From Marsupella aquatica (lineage: Eukaryota > Plantae > Marchantiophyta): a stretch of 64,000 bases of DNA. Every line of letters begins with the position of its first letter. Position 1 is the first letter of the stretch. The position numbers were made by a program, and so were the translations under genes. The stretch is from contig OZ316893.1 of the NCBI GenBank assembly GCA_973895155.1, positions 15,592,645 to 15,656,644 on the forward strand. Direction: 5' to 3'. This document shows positions 11,643-23,994 of this stretch, in pieces. Under the pieces are notes generated by a model. It had not been told where the DNA came from. It ran no database searches and saw only the letters and a list, made by a program, of their open reading frames with translations.

Positions 11643-13692
11643 GTGAACTTTTTTAATTAGTGTGGGGAACTAACTTGTCTTTCTTTCAACTATGAATTAT
11701 TTATTTTAATTTGTGAGGTTTAATTTTCTTTAATTGAAAGGCTTTATACCCCTAACCTAAGAAAAATCTTGCCAGTCCAAAATGTCTAGTTTCTATGCCC
11801 TTGTGACCCTTGCTCTCATCAAAACAGCAAGGCACCCCACAAGGCACCAGCAGGGACACCAGTTAGTGCTTCGAGTTGTCATCAAAGGAGCAAGGGAGCA
11901 AGACAGTCACATACACATCAGTCTAGTCTTGTCTATAATAATTAAACAATCATGTCCAAAGGAAGTGCTTCTGGGGAGGTATATGCATGATGCGACCCCT
12001 AGCAAAACTTTTTACATATTGGGCCCCTTTGAAAGTCCCTTTTGCTACGCATGCAGTAGAGTCTCACCAGGAAATTGGTAAGAAACAATGTGAAAATACC
12101 TTGGGTAGCTTGTGTGAAAGTAAACATAATGAAAATCATGGTACAATAAAATTCAAACCAAAAGACATTAACTATAAATATTGTCTTCACTTAAGTTACA
12201 TCGGAGTTTGGCCAACCTTGGCCACTATCCTACGGGTCTCCCAATACTCTATCAACCGTCCAAAAATGGGCTCCGACCGTGCATTTTTTATAGTGTGACC
12301 AAAAACAGCTGTTGTGAAACTAATGGTGAATCATAAATTTACAACTCGTTTTTGGCAGGAGTCAATTTTGGCACTTTGATCAGAAATGAGATTTTCATGA
12401 CTGTCAGATCTTGAAACCAGGGTTGATGAAAAAAAAATGGACACGGCCGTGCAGGATGTTTGCTGGGATGGGCTGTCAAAGAGAAGGGGAGGGCGGGGAA
12501 ATGTCAATGAGGGGGAGGGAGAGGGGAAGAAGGGCAGCCAGAGAAGGAACAGAAAGGGAAGTGATCGAGAAAAAGGAATGAGCAGGCACCCAACAATCAT
12601 CTTTCTGCACTCTTTTTTGCCCACAATTTTCAAAGCAATTGTATTCTACACTAACATCACTCTTTTACAACAATGCAAGGGCAGTTGAGTACCATAGTTG
12701 AGTACCATGTTTGGCATTCAACATTGTTGGTTGCTCAACTAACAATATTTATGCTCCGTCAGGCATTAATCATCTTTTGCGTGGGCAACACTTTTGCTGG
12801 GCATCTTTTTTACTGATCAACTTTTCTAAATGTTTGACATAGTTTCTACTCAAGACATTTTTGACAATTTGTATGCATCGACAATATGGTAGAACTGCTA
12901 AAGGATAGTAATTTGAGAGGGCCTCTGATTTTGTTTTTTATTTTATTACTTGTTTTCCTTTGTTGGTCTTCCAATATAGGAATGTCCTGCCCCAAGACAC
13001 TGCAAATAATTTCTGGACCCAACTGTGTAGGATAATTATGAATTGAGACTCAAGAGAAAGATTTTCTCTTCAAACAAGTTACTATTTATTTTTTCTTGAA
13101 AGGAATACTAGCTTTACTTAATATTTGGAAAGCAAAATCCAACACAACCAGGAACCACAAGCCAGAATCAAAACGGGACCAAGGCCAAACACCACCCAAA
13201 GCCAAACACATTTGGCTAAGAGGGAACCAGTGAGGGAACTCAAAGTAATTGCAAGGAACCAACAGTCCCAAAACCAAGGAGAAACAGCTAAACAGCTACC
13301 GCAAATAAGAGGGCCAACTCAGCAGGAGAGCAGGGAGAGCACCAAGATAATACAAGGAACTGAACCACAGTCCAACTTACAGCGAAAATCAAAGTAACTG
13401 ATTAACTATTTGCAAGAAACACTACAGAGCCTAACATCTCAAAATCATAGGGAAAAGAAAAGTGAAACTGAGGAACGACAACTAAAACAGTTTGAAGATT
13501 GAAAGCCAAGAGGGGGCAGCAGCCAGCGCTGAAACATTTATCAACAACTAATAAAGACCTCCTTCCCCTCCTCCTTCAAAACCTTGGGGGTTTTACCTTT
13601 CACAACAATATCATATCACGCCAGACAAAAGATAGGGTCACTTTATTGGTTATGTTGTAAGGGAAGACTTAAAAAAATTCTTATAAGAACAA

Positions 13693-14113
13693 TGTTGGGT
13701 ATTTACTCTTACGTCTAGGTTAGGTATGACGTGGTTGGTACAACAACGTGGGTTGGTACAACTATGTGGTTAGGTACAACTACGTGATTAGGTACAACTA
13801 TGTGGTTAGGTACAACTACGTGATTAGGTACAACTATGTGGTTAGGTACAACTAAGTTGCACACTATATCATAAGAGGCATGTGTGCTTGGAGAGGAAGG
13901 ACCAAGGCTCATTGTTATGGAGCCACTTGAGAGATAGGGAGAGCTTACACTGTGGAGACTCGGTATAGCCGACGGGCTTAGAGTTCAGTAAAGCTCTCTT
14001 GTGTGTTCCCGTGGACGTAGCCTCAAGGAGGTGAACCACGTATCTCTTGTGTCGACTATTGTGCGTTGGATGGTTCATGGGCTTGCCGTTGCGATCGTCG
14101 TCTATGCTCAACA
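13693..14113 (+). repeat. 5' LTR (421 bp; seven 18-bp GGTACAAC units)
   Basis: Starts tgttgggtattt, ends ctatgctcaaca; matches the 3' LTR apart from repeat number. Confidence 0.95.
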
Positions 14114-14115
14114 AT

Positions 14116-14127
14116 TGGTATCAGAGC
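14116..14127 (+). promoter_or_regulatory. primer binding site (tRNA-iMet)
   Basis: TGGTATCAGAGC 2 nt after the 5' LTR, the canonical plant iMet PBS. Confidence 0.93.
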
Positions 14128-14647
14128 ATGCTTGGGAGGTGACGTGTGTTCGTGACGGGATTTCATTATGGTTTTTCCAGCGTTGAGTGTCGGTGGATTT
14201 CCCGGAGTTCCGTCGCATGGAACTTGGAGTTTATGGGCTCAACGGATAGATCGGGGCAAGAGCTTTCTAACGGTGTGAAGAAATCGCTGAACGGAGCTCG
14301 TGGTGCAGAGAGATCTAAGTTTTCGTCGTTCTGGATTTTGTGAAGAAAGTTGGCAATCGACTCGGAGGGAGAAGCGTCAAGTGTTTTGACTCAACGGAGA
14401 GATTGAGGCAAGACGATTGTTTTGAGTCCGGGATTGGCTCTTTGATGCAAAGAGGAAGGCTAAGCAAAATCAATTACCTTGTTGGATTGGTGACGGCACC
14501 AAGTGCAATTGATCAACATTCGTTATTGACAAGGGGCAGAGAGAGGAGCAGGAGGAAGAGCACGTGACACCGATACCATTACCGGTGCGGCGTGTGGTGG
14601 AGGAAGCAGTACTACTACCGGAGCTCACGGTAGTGCCAAAGAAGAAG

Positions 14648-15505
14648 ATGGGGACTTTCAAGCTTGGGGGACCCAAGTATGAAGTGACAAAGTATGATGG
14701 GCGCTCTGACTACTTGCTATGGGAGAAGCAGGTGAAGGGAGTGCTCTATGCGTCAGGGATGGGCCAACTGCTGAGCACTCGTGAAGACGATGTTGATGAG
14801 AAACAATGGGACCGCATGCAGGAGCAGGGAGTGTGGTGTGTTACACTCTATCTCATGCCTCCCATCATCAAGCAGTTGGGTGCACATAAGGATTGCATGT
14901 CCTTGTTTGCGGAATTGCAGAGCAAGTATCACCGCAAGGAGTTGTCAAACCGGCTCTACACTTCCTACAAACTCATGAGTTTCAGGATGAAGGAATCCGG
15001 CACAAAGTTGCAAGACCATGTGGATGCTTTCAACGACATGGTCGTTGACTTGGAAAACTTTGGGGAGACTTTGAATGATGAGACGAAGGCTCTGCAGCTT
15101 CTTAGTTCATTGCCTCCATCTTACCAGTCCCTATCACGAGTGTTGTTGCATCGTGATAGGGATACCATTTCATATAATGACGTGGTAAGTTCTCTGCTTA
15201 GTGATGATCTTCAGCAGAAGATGCACATCACATCACAGCCTTCATTATCTGGTGCTGCCCTCAATGTTAACCGTGGGAGGGGTATGTAGCGACCAACTGG
15301 GGACCGTAGAACCCAGTTTAGATCTAAATCCAGATCTAAGTCCAAGGGTAAATCCCCTCAGAGGAGGCAGGTGACATGTTGGAAGTGCAACCAAGTTGGA
15401 CACTTCAAGCGAGACTGTAAGGGAAAGGCAGCGGAAACTTCATCGGCAAATGTGGCTAGGGCTGATGGAGAAGCTGATTTACTCAATGATGAGTATGTTT
15501 TATGA
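14648..15505 (+). pseudogene. gag: copia gag (UBN2-like region + CCHC zinc knuckle), in-frame TAG at 15287-15289
   Basis: KYDGRSDYLLW...LLSSLPPSY; the frame continues past the TAG to CWKCNQVGHFKRDC, then reaches TGA at 15503-15505. Confidence 0.88.
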
Positions 15506-18500
15506 AGTCGGGGGTATGCCCTGTGCACGTCATCTAGGAGAGCAGATGATGTGTGGATTCTTGATTGTGCTTGCTCTTTTCATATTTGTTACATTCGTGA
15601 GTTTTTCAGTTCTTACTCTATTTCAAACGGTTCAGTTCTGATGGGAAATGATCACTCCTGTCAAATTGAGGGAATTGGGTCTGTGAAGATTCAAATGTTT
15701 GATGGCGCTGTGCGCACAGTGTCCGGAGTCAGGTATGTACCTGGCATGCGTAAGAATCTGATTTCACTCGGTGTGTTGGATTCAAATGGTCATCAATGGA
15801 GCGTTATTGATGGTGAACTTCAAGTCAGGTCGGGAGAGACAGTGATTTTGAAGGGGAGTAGACAAAAGAATTTGTATGTGTTACAGGGCAATACTGTATG
15901 TGGAGAGGCCAATGTAACCAAGTCTCACGAGGAGATGACTCAACTGTGGCATTCACGGCTAGGCCACATGAGTGAGAAGGGTTTGGCTATCTTACGGAAG
16001 AATGGACTCATTTCTGATTTGCAATCTTGTAAATTAGAGTTTTGTGAGCATTGCATTCTTGGAAAGCAGCATCGTCGTGCTTTTGGTGTTGGAACTCATC
16101 GTTCCAAAGCGGTTCTTGAGTACATACATAGTGACGTGTGGGGTCCATCCCCGACTCCCTCACACTCTGGAAAGTTGTACTATGTATCATTTATTGATGA
16201 TTACTCAAGATTTGTGTGGATTTATTTCATGACGCATAAGTCTGATGTCTTGTCCATTTTTAAGAAGTGGAAGGCCCAAGTGGAGAATCAGACTGGAAAC
16301 ACGATCAAGTGTTTGGATACAATGGTGAAGAGTTTGAGGTCAGACAACGGCGGGGAGTACACTTCAATGGAATTTGAAGAGTACTGTTCAGAACAGGGGA
16401 TAACTCGCCATCTCACCACAGTTTATACTCCGCAGCAGAATGGTGTCGCTGAGAGGCTCAATCGGACACTATTGGAGCGGTCACGGAGTATGTTGAGCCA
16501 ATCAGGTTTACCACAAGAATTTTGGGCAGAAGCTATCAATACCGCAGCTTATTTGGTAAATCTTTCTCCTTCTAGTGCTATCAATTTCAAAATGCCGTTT
16601 GAGATGCGCTATAAGCGGCAAGCAGACTATCATGGCTTGGTAGTTTTTGGAAGTGATGCATATGCTCTCACACCGAAGCAGAATAGGACCAAGTTGGATC
16701 CTACCTCCAAGAAATGTGTTTTTCTTGGGTACCAGAGTGGTGTGAAAGCCTATAGGCTCTGGGATCCTATTGCCTGTAAGCTCGTTGTCAGTAGGGATGT
16801 TTCCTTCAATGAATCCAGATTATTGAAGGAGGGGGAGAATACTCAGGTCTCCCGTACTGACAAAGGAAAATCTCCTATCCCGGATCTCATTGAGGGGGAG
16901 ATTGGTTATGAGGTGCATGACCGAAGAGAAGGAGTTACTCCAATTATGGAGCTGGTTCCTGTGCCAGAGGAACCAGAGGAGTTTGTTGATGCTGGTGAGC
17001 AGCAAGTGGATGTTGTTGAGCTTCAAATTGTACCAGCACACGCAGATCAACCGAAGTCATCGGCTAGAAGAACATCTGGTCGCACTGTACGTGCTCCACC
17101 AAGGTATGGACAGTGGGTTGATTCATCTCAACTGCAAGAAAATGATTTTGCAACTGATGATGAGGGTGATGCGTTAATTTTGGAAGAAGGGGAACCTTCT
17201 TCATTTCATGAGGCAAGTGCTTCAAAGGAGAAGCAGAAGTGGACTGCAGCAATGCAAACGGAGATGCAGTCACTAAAGGACAACAAAACTTGGGAGCTTG
17301 TTAAGCTGCCTAAGGGTCAGCAAGTGGTGGACAGCAAGTGGATTTACAAGCTGAAGGATAATTCCATAGGAGGTGGATCGAAGGTCTACAAGGCTAGGTT
17401 GGTAGCAAAGGGATTCACACAAGAGAAAGGTGTGGATTACAATGAGGTCTTCTCACCAGTTGCTAAGTACTCTACAATACGACTATTGTGTGTACTTGTT
17501 GTAATGTTTGGTCTGCTGCTAGATCAGATGGATGTTGTCACAGCTTTCCTCTATGGCACATTGGAAGAGGTGATCTTCATGAGACAACCGCTAGGTTTTG
17601 TGAAGAGAGGACAGGAGGAATTGGTTTGCAGATTGCTGAAATCCTTGTATGGTTGAAGCAGTCACCAAGACAGTGGAACAAGCGGTTTGACGATTGGATT
17701 CGGTCACAAGGTTTTCACAGAAGTGTATTTGACCCTTGTGTGTATTTGAAATCGGTAAAGAATATTGTATTTGGGTTCATTGTTTTAATACTTTATGTGG
17801 ATGATATGCTAATTGCAGCCAAGGATAGGTCTGAGATTGTTAAGCTCAAGGTACTGCTTAGTGCAGAGTTTAAGATGAAGGACTTAGGGCCAGCTAAGAG
17901 GATTTTGGGTATGGAGATCACTAGGGACTTGGAGGCTGGCAAGCTATGGTTGACGCAGAGCAGTTATGCGAGGAAGGTAATTGCAAGATTCAACATGGGG
18001 AATAGCAAGCCAGTAAGTACCCCGTTGGCTCCACACTTCAAGTTATCATCAGCGTTCTGTCCTACGGATGACACAGAGAAGGGGTTGATGTCAAAGGTTC
18101 CGTATGACAAGGCAGTGGGGAGTCTCATGTATTTGATGACTTGCACTAGACCTGATCTTGCCATGGCTATGGGCAAGGTGAGCAGGTACATGTCGAATCC
18201 AGGGAAGGTACACTGGGAAGCAGTGAAGTGGATTATCAGGTACTTGAAGGGTACTGTGGATCATGGTCTTTTATTTGATGCGAATGCAAAGAATGCTAAA
18301 TCATTGATTGGCTATGTTGATTCTGACTATGGACAAGATTTGGACCGAAGGAGATCAACAACAGGATACATGTTCACACTTGGCGGTGGATGCATAAGTT
18401 GGAGGTCTACTTTGCAGAAGTGTATTGCTCAGTCTACTACAGAAGCGGAGTATGTTGCAGCTGCGGAAGCAGCAAAGGAAGCGATTTGGTTGGATAGACT

Positions 18501-18777
18501 TATCACTGAAATGGGATTGCCACAGGGGAATGTGAAGCTCCATTGTGATAGTCAAAGTGCGCTCCACCTTGCTGTGAACCAGGTGATGGACAGCAGAGTG
18601 AAGCACATTGACGTTAGGTACCATTTTATCAGGCAGGCTGTGTCTGATAATTTGTTTGAGCTAGTCAAGATTGATGGTAAACTCAACCCGGCTGACGCAT
18701 TTACCAAAGTGATTCCTTTGGAGAGTTTCTCTAGACACCGTGACGTATTGCAGGTTTTGCAATTGCATCACAAGTAG
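15506..18777 (+). pseudogene. pol: copia pol (protease, integrase, RT, RNase H) with 1-nt frameshift near 17651-17656
   Basis: WILDCACSFH (PR), HSRLGH/CEHC, HSDVWGP, LRSDNGGEY, NGVAER (IN), YKARLVAKG, LYG/LKQSPR split by the frameshift, YVDDMLI (RT), GYVDSDY and KHIDVRYHFIR (RNase H). Confidence 0.95.
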
Positions 18778-18949
18778 AGTTTTCTTAACATTCATTGTAA
18801 TTACTGATATATGCTCTTCCTCATTCCTATGTATTAGGCTACGGCTTAGTTCTGGTTTGCTCTAGTTAGAGAGGGAAACCGGTTTGGTTTTTGTCCAGAA
18901 CTTCCCGCTGAGGGATCATATACATTGGCAGTATTACTCTCCCCTAGAC

Positions 18950-18967
18950 CAGAGTCAAGGGGAAGAT
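18950..18967 (+). promoter_or_regulatory. polypurine tract
   Basis: Purine-rich agagtcaaggggaagat immediately before the 3' LTR. Confidence 0.75.
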
Positions 18968-19352
18968 TGTTGGGTATTTACTCTTACGTCTAGGTTAGGT
19001 ATGACGTGGTTGGTACAACAACGTGGGTTGGTACAACTATGTGGTTAGGTACAACTACGTGATTAGGTACAACTATGTGGTTAGGTACAACTAAGTTGCA
19101 CACTATATCATAAGAGGCATGTGTGCTTGGAGAGGAAGGACCAAGGCTCATTGTTATGGAGCCACTTGAGAGATAGGGAGAGCTTACACTGTGGAGACTC
19201 GGTATAGCCGACGGGCTTAGAGTTCAGTAAAGCTCTCTTGTGTGTTCCCGTGGACGTAGCCTCAAGGAGGTGAACCACGTATCTCTTGTGTCGACTATTG
19301 TGCGTTGGATGGTTCATGGGCTTGCCGTTGCGATCGTCGTCTATGCTCAACA
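18968..19352 (+). repeat. 3' LTR (385 bp; five 18-bp units)
   Basis: Matches the 5' LTR minus 36 bp; followed by the AACAA TSD. Confidence 0.95.
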
Positions 19353-21905
19353 AACAATAGGGTCTTTTAGATACAATTTTGAGACTTACAAGGGCATTAG
19401 GTCTTTTCACTCACTTTATAGCAGTTAACAAATTCTAGAATACATATTCTTACATTTTAGAGTGTTTGAGGCCTAAAAACTTACTATTGTAGCATCTGTT
19501 TTCCCTCTATAAGGGGAAAACAAGATAAAAACATATGATTTTTAAAACTCCAGATGAATTGGGAGTGAAGACAAAGTTTTCATTGATTTTAAAAATGGAA
19601 GAAGCGATGGTCTTGGAGGAATACAAAGTTTTATTGGGAGGAAGGAAAACTAAATTTGGAAGCTGACCACGTGCAAGATTTGGTTGGATTTTTTTTATTA
19701 AAGACCATCAAATCAATCAAAGTGGAGGGACTGATATATTTGATTGGAATGGTACCTTCAACTTCAAGGCAAGGAATTGAACGAAAACAAGTCAACAGTA
19801 ATAGATCCTTTTATACAAAGTTAGTATAAGAACTGAGAGTTGACGCTATCCAGGATTCATTCAGCATCATAGATGCTTTTCCCTGCCCAACTTGCTTTCA
19901 TGTCCGAGTAGAGTCATGGCAAACTAAATTTGTCGTAAGCACTTTTTGGATTTGGAATTTTTGTCCCCAACTATTAAGATTACTAACCTTCGCTAGAGAT
20001 TTACTTGAGCCATGCCTTGTCAAGCTCGCTTTCTGAATCTCTGCCAGCTTGTTCTTAATAGTTGGGGACAAAAAAGGGAGCTTGACAAGTCATCCTTTTC
20101 TAGAGTGCGATCCCATTCAGCCACTAATTTAAGGTGGATGGCCTTTCTTTACTATAGGAAACTTTTGGCTGTCATTTGAGCACTGATACGCCAGAATGTA
20201 CATGGTAGGTGGTGAACCCCAATGAGTAGTGGCTGATGATCTCTATACTGGTTTTTGTGGCCAAAGTTTAGACCACCTGAAGAGGGGTCTAAACTTTTGT
20301 CTGCTCAGATTTTGGATTGCATTGCTTGCATTAGTCACATTGGCCCTCCGTTCAGCTTAGGCCTGGAAGCTCACATAAATGTCCACTTGTTTTGGTCTAG
20401 AAGCTTCCAAAATTCTAGTGAGTTTTACTAGGAGGAGCGGACATTTATGTAAAACCCCACTAAAATTTTGGCCCTTTCGTTGGATTTGCTCGGTATCCAC
20501 GATAATTGTACGCTTCAGTGAAATTGGTAACATTGGTACAGTCCGTGTGCAGAGCTCGTAAAGTGACGCTGAGGATCATTATTTTGATATAATATCCTGA
20601 ACTGCCCGAAGAGCTACATTGTGAATCACCGATCAGAATTCGTTGAATGTTGCTCTGCTACGCGCAGAGTTACACAAATGAGTCTCATTGACACTTGCTC
20701 TTCAATCCATAAATTGAAAGCAAAGATGGCTCACGACAACCAAAACTTGGTAACATCTACCTTCCTGGAATTTAGATACAGATTATGTAAGTGCTGAGTT
20801 TGCAACTTCAAACGTGAACTCTGCCTTCGCAAAAATGTGTCTTAAAAGAGAAGCAAGGACATCGGGCAGGTATATCGCAGAAAACGGAACTCTGAAATAG
20901 TCTACCTAACTATGACAGGAATAATGATCCGCCAAAGAATGAAAGAGAAGCATGTGTTGCTTCGCATGCCTATCCAATTGGTCTGCCCTAAGCTAATGAT
21001 GGTCTGTCCGAGAATGCCAGGAATTGCTAGTATGTGCAGCTTGCAATTCGTATCTGTGACTGATTTGCACCCTCATTCTGGCTGGATACAACTTCAACTT
21101 TGATACATACTCATCCGCGATTCAACTATCTTGCAGATGCTATACATTAAGTCTAAGCTAAGCGCACTTTCGCACTTGATTTGTGGGCCAAATGCTAACC
21201 GATGTTGTATGATAAACATCTACAGTAGCTGCCGAGGAAATTCCAACACTGATGTGGCTGCTAGGTACAGATGGGGTTCCACCGCACCCCTTGCTGCATG
21301 TACAAACAAATTGAACATGGATGGATAGTTAGATGTCGGAAGTGCGTTACTTCCGATGCCCTCAGTGCTGTCGCCCCTACACTCTGTGTCAGCTTTGCCC
21401 ATGAGCAGCCGACCTGTCACGATCCAAGCAAAGCAGGGGTTTTACAGTCTCTGGGTTGCACCGAAACAACTTGAATCATGTACATCACTGATTGAACCGG
21501 CTACTGGGCAGACGTGGAAGCTGAAGCACCCAACAAAGGCACCGGTACAATCATTCAATTTGTTGAGTCGAATAGGTGAACTGATCCAGGCTGAAGCGTT
21601 GATAGCTCCAATTACCGCTTGTAGAATCGACCTTTCGCAACAGTTGCAGCATGTGGTCGGCCTCAGCTTGGCCTCCACACAGAACACTACGAACATTTGG
21701 AGGACCCATAAATGCGCTGCAATTGGCGACGTAGCAGCTTCCATCCACGCTGAAGTTGTTGAAGCTGGGTACCTCAATCGGTTGTTACAGCCCATCACAA
21801 CAGCTTGAGAGACCACCGGCACTGCCTGCTTACGCGGATGTCCTGTATCGCCGGCCCAGTAATGTTACTTGAACCTCATGAATGTCAACAAGCCTGCTCC
21901 AAATT

Positions 21906-22001
21906 TTATGAATCCTCATCGTCATTGTCGTCATCGTCATCGACCGATAACCAGGTTGGTGGTGGTGATGCAGGATAGCCAAATGTCTCATTAGGATCCA
22001 T
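21906..22001 (-). CDS. small ORF B3, 31 aa MDPNETFGYPASPPPTWLSVDDDDDNDDEDS
   Basis: ATG 22001 to TAA 21906; paralog of A3. Confidence 0.7.
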   Translation of the reverse strand: MDPNETFGYPASPPPTWLSVDDDDDNDDEDS

Positions 22002-22099
22002 TTAAAAGCTCTGATGAAACTGCTCGCCCACTCTGTCAATTCGACAGTGAACGAAATCTTCTCTATCAATCTGCCTCTTTGCTTGTAAGTTGAGGATGA

Positions 22100-22213
22100 C
22101 TAAATTCCCGTTGACATAAACCCGAGGTGTCTATTGACGGCCAGCATTGTCCTGGCCAACCAACCATGGTGTGATGTGGTGTTCGGGAATCCGAACTGCT
22201 CATTGGGATCCAT
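22100..22213 (-). CDS. small ORF B2, 37 aa MDPNEQFGFPNTTSHHGWLARTMLAVNRHLGFMSTGI (1-nt deletion relative to A2)
   Basis: ATG 22213; ACATCACACCATGG versus ACATCACCACCGTGG in A2. The ancestral stop would be at 22131-22133. Confidence 0.5.
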   Translation of the reverse strand: MDPNEQFGFPNTTSHHGWLARTMLAVNRHLGFMSTGI

Positions 22214-22303
22214 TAGTAACCCTCCAAATCAGAATTCGTGCACGATGACTCCTCCTTGATCGCTGACTTCGGTGTGAATGATGTTGACGTCAAGAAAGCC
22301 AAG

Positions 22304-22384
22304 CTAGGCTTCCTCGTCAGATGAACAAGACAACCACGGTGGACTGTCGGTATTGGTGTATCCGAATTTCTCGCTGGGATCCAT
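22304..22384 (-). CDS. small ORF B1, 26 aa MDPSEKFGYTNTDSPPWLSCSSDEEA
   Basis: ATG 22384 to TAG 22304; paralog of A1. Confidence 0.7.
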   Translation of the reverse strand: MDPSEKFGYTNTDSPPWLSCSSDEEA

Positions 22385-22975
22385 TCACCAAAACTCTCGG
22401 AAATATTTCGTGAGCCTACTGCTTGAGCCCTCTCTCACGATGAATGCATGAATCACAAGCCACTCAGATTCACTGCTCGAGTGCCAATCGAACGGAAAGG
22501 ATGCCAACGCACGGTTGACTTGTGAGAAGTAATGTCAAATTAGCGATCATGTGGAGCACACTATGAGAGAAGAAGATATGGGATGCAAAAACTTCACAGC
22601 TAAAGTGTGAGAGAGACGACGAAGACTAGAATGCATTCAGTGGAGAGCAGTGGGTTTCTTTTATGCACTCCTCTGGCGATCGAGTACTCCCCAAACATTG
22701 GTTCGACTTCACTCTCGACGTCACTCGCTGAAGCTGTTGTGTCCGGCTGGCGGTTTTCCTCAGATTAGTCACTGGAAAGTCGGGCAGGGCCGGGCGAACT
22801 TCAGAGGAGGTCCAAAATTCGACTCCAGATCGGTAAACTTTCATCAGTCCCAGTGGAAAACCCGGGAATCTTTACCCATGTGGATCATTCTAGTTGCTCA
22901 TGATACTTTATCAAAATGCCATGTCACCGCCGTAATAAGGTCGGACGGACTGTTCCGTTCAGGGCACTGAATCAT

Positions 22976-23561
22976 GAGGGGTCTCAAACTTACATTTATT
23001 TATTCCCCATTGGCACCCCGTATTTCCCTGGAGCGGGCCGCCCAGATGAGTTGATCGGCCCACGAATTCGGTGACCTGAAGTTTTATCCTGAGCTTTTTA
23101 GTGACCCGGTCGTCCGCTCTGTTCGCTGTGTTTGCTATATACCGGCCTCCACTTCCGTCTGGAGGCAAAGTTCAAAACCCATGTTTTGGGACACCCGATT
23201 TTGGGTCGTGGTGTTCATTGTCAGGTGGGGGCCGGAGAAATCCAGGAGACTAGAGTTTTTTTAGTGGTGAAAATTAGCCAGATTACACCTACTCCACCTC
23301 CCCAAAAAGCTTTCGCCCACTTTTGATGAAAATTGGCTATTGTAGTTTTATCTGTCTCATTAGCCGGTGCCTCACCTAATCACAGGCCAGTTAGCCAGAT
23401 CTAACAATCACCCTTAAATCAGATGAGATCTGACGGTCAGTAAACGAGTCCAATAAAATCAGATAAAGAAGATTTTGTGCATCTTGTCCTTCACGGAGTC
23501 GACATTCGCTACTCTGGGGAGAAAGTGTAAACCTTATTAACGGGGCTGGTTGAGACGGCCT
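22976..23561. mobile_element. ~585 bp MITE-like insertion upstream of cassette B
   Basis: Copy A reads gaatcat|attcggg contiguously (~4577-4590); here that junction is split by sequence with imperfect TIRs gaggggtctcaaac / gttgagacggcct. Confidence 0.6.
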
Positions 23562-23994
23562 ATTCGGGCCCAGCCAGCTGCCTGGGAGTTGGATTTGCGG
23601 CATTTGCCGGCTTGCCGGGGAATTTGACGGCAGAAATTCTGTCATTATGATAGACTCGCAGTGTCACACGTAAGGTTCCTGCCAGCTGGGATCCGACAGG
23701 AAGCATGCATTGGAGGATTTGGAGGCTTGGAGCAGCTACGCGAATCGTGGGCAGAAACACGCGGGCTTTACCTCAACCGGGTATACCTGGTCGACGCTTG
23801 TTCGAAGGTCCAATCTCCGTGTCGCCGGGAATTGCGTGTATTATTTCTTTGACTAGGTATTATTAGGTCTCCCGCGGGCAGGTAAGAAAATGAACATGAT
23901 TCCCGTATTTCAGAAAAGGTAAAGCGACATGATAAGACTGTTTCTTGTCTAATTAATTTTGATTCATTAAAATTTGATCATGAGGGTATCTCAA

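Larger units (their letters stand above)
13693..19352 (+). mobile_element. full-length Ty1/copia LTR retrotransposon (Tnt1/Tork-like by inference)
   Basis: TG...CA LTRs at 13693-14113 and 18968-19352; 5-bp TSD AACAA (13688-13692, 19353-19357); PBS and PPT present; domain order gag-PR-IN-RT-RNaseH. Confidence 0.97.

Noticed and set aside
13715-14186. ORFs with VVPNH repeats and duplicated ORFs at 19108-19428
   Set aside because: Translations of LTR sequence and its 18-bp repeats.
21356-21808. Plus-strand ORF similar to 2853-3140 (SALPMSSRPVTI.AKQGFYSLW)
   Set aside because: The similarity follows from nucleotide duplication; start, length and frame are not conserved between copies and no domain is recognisable.
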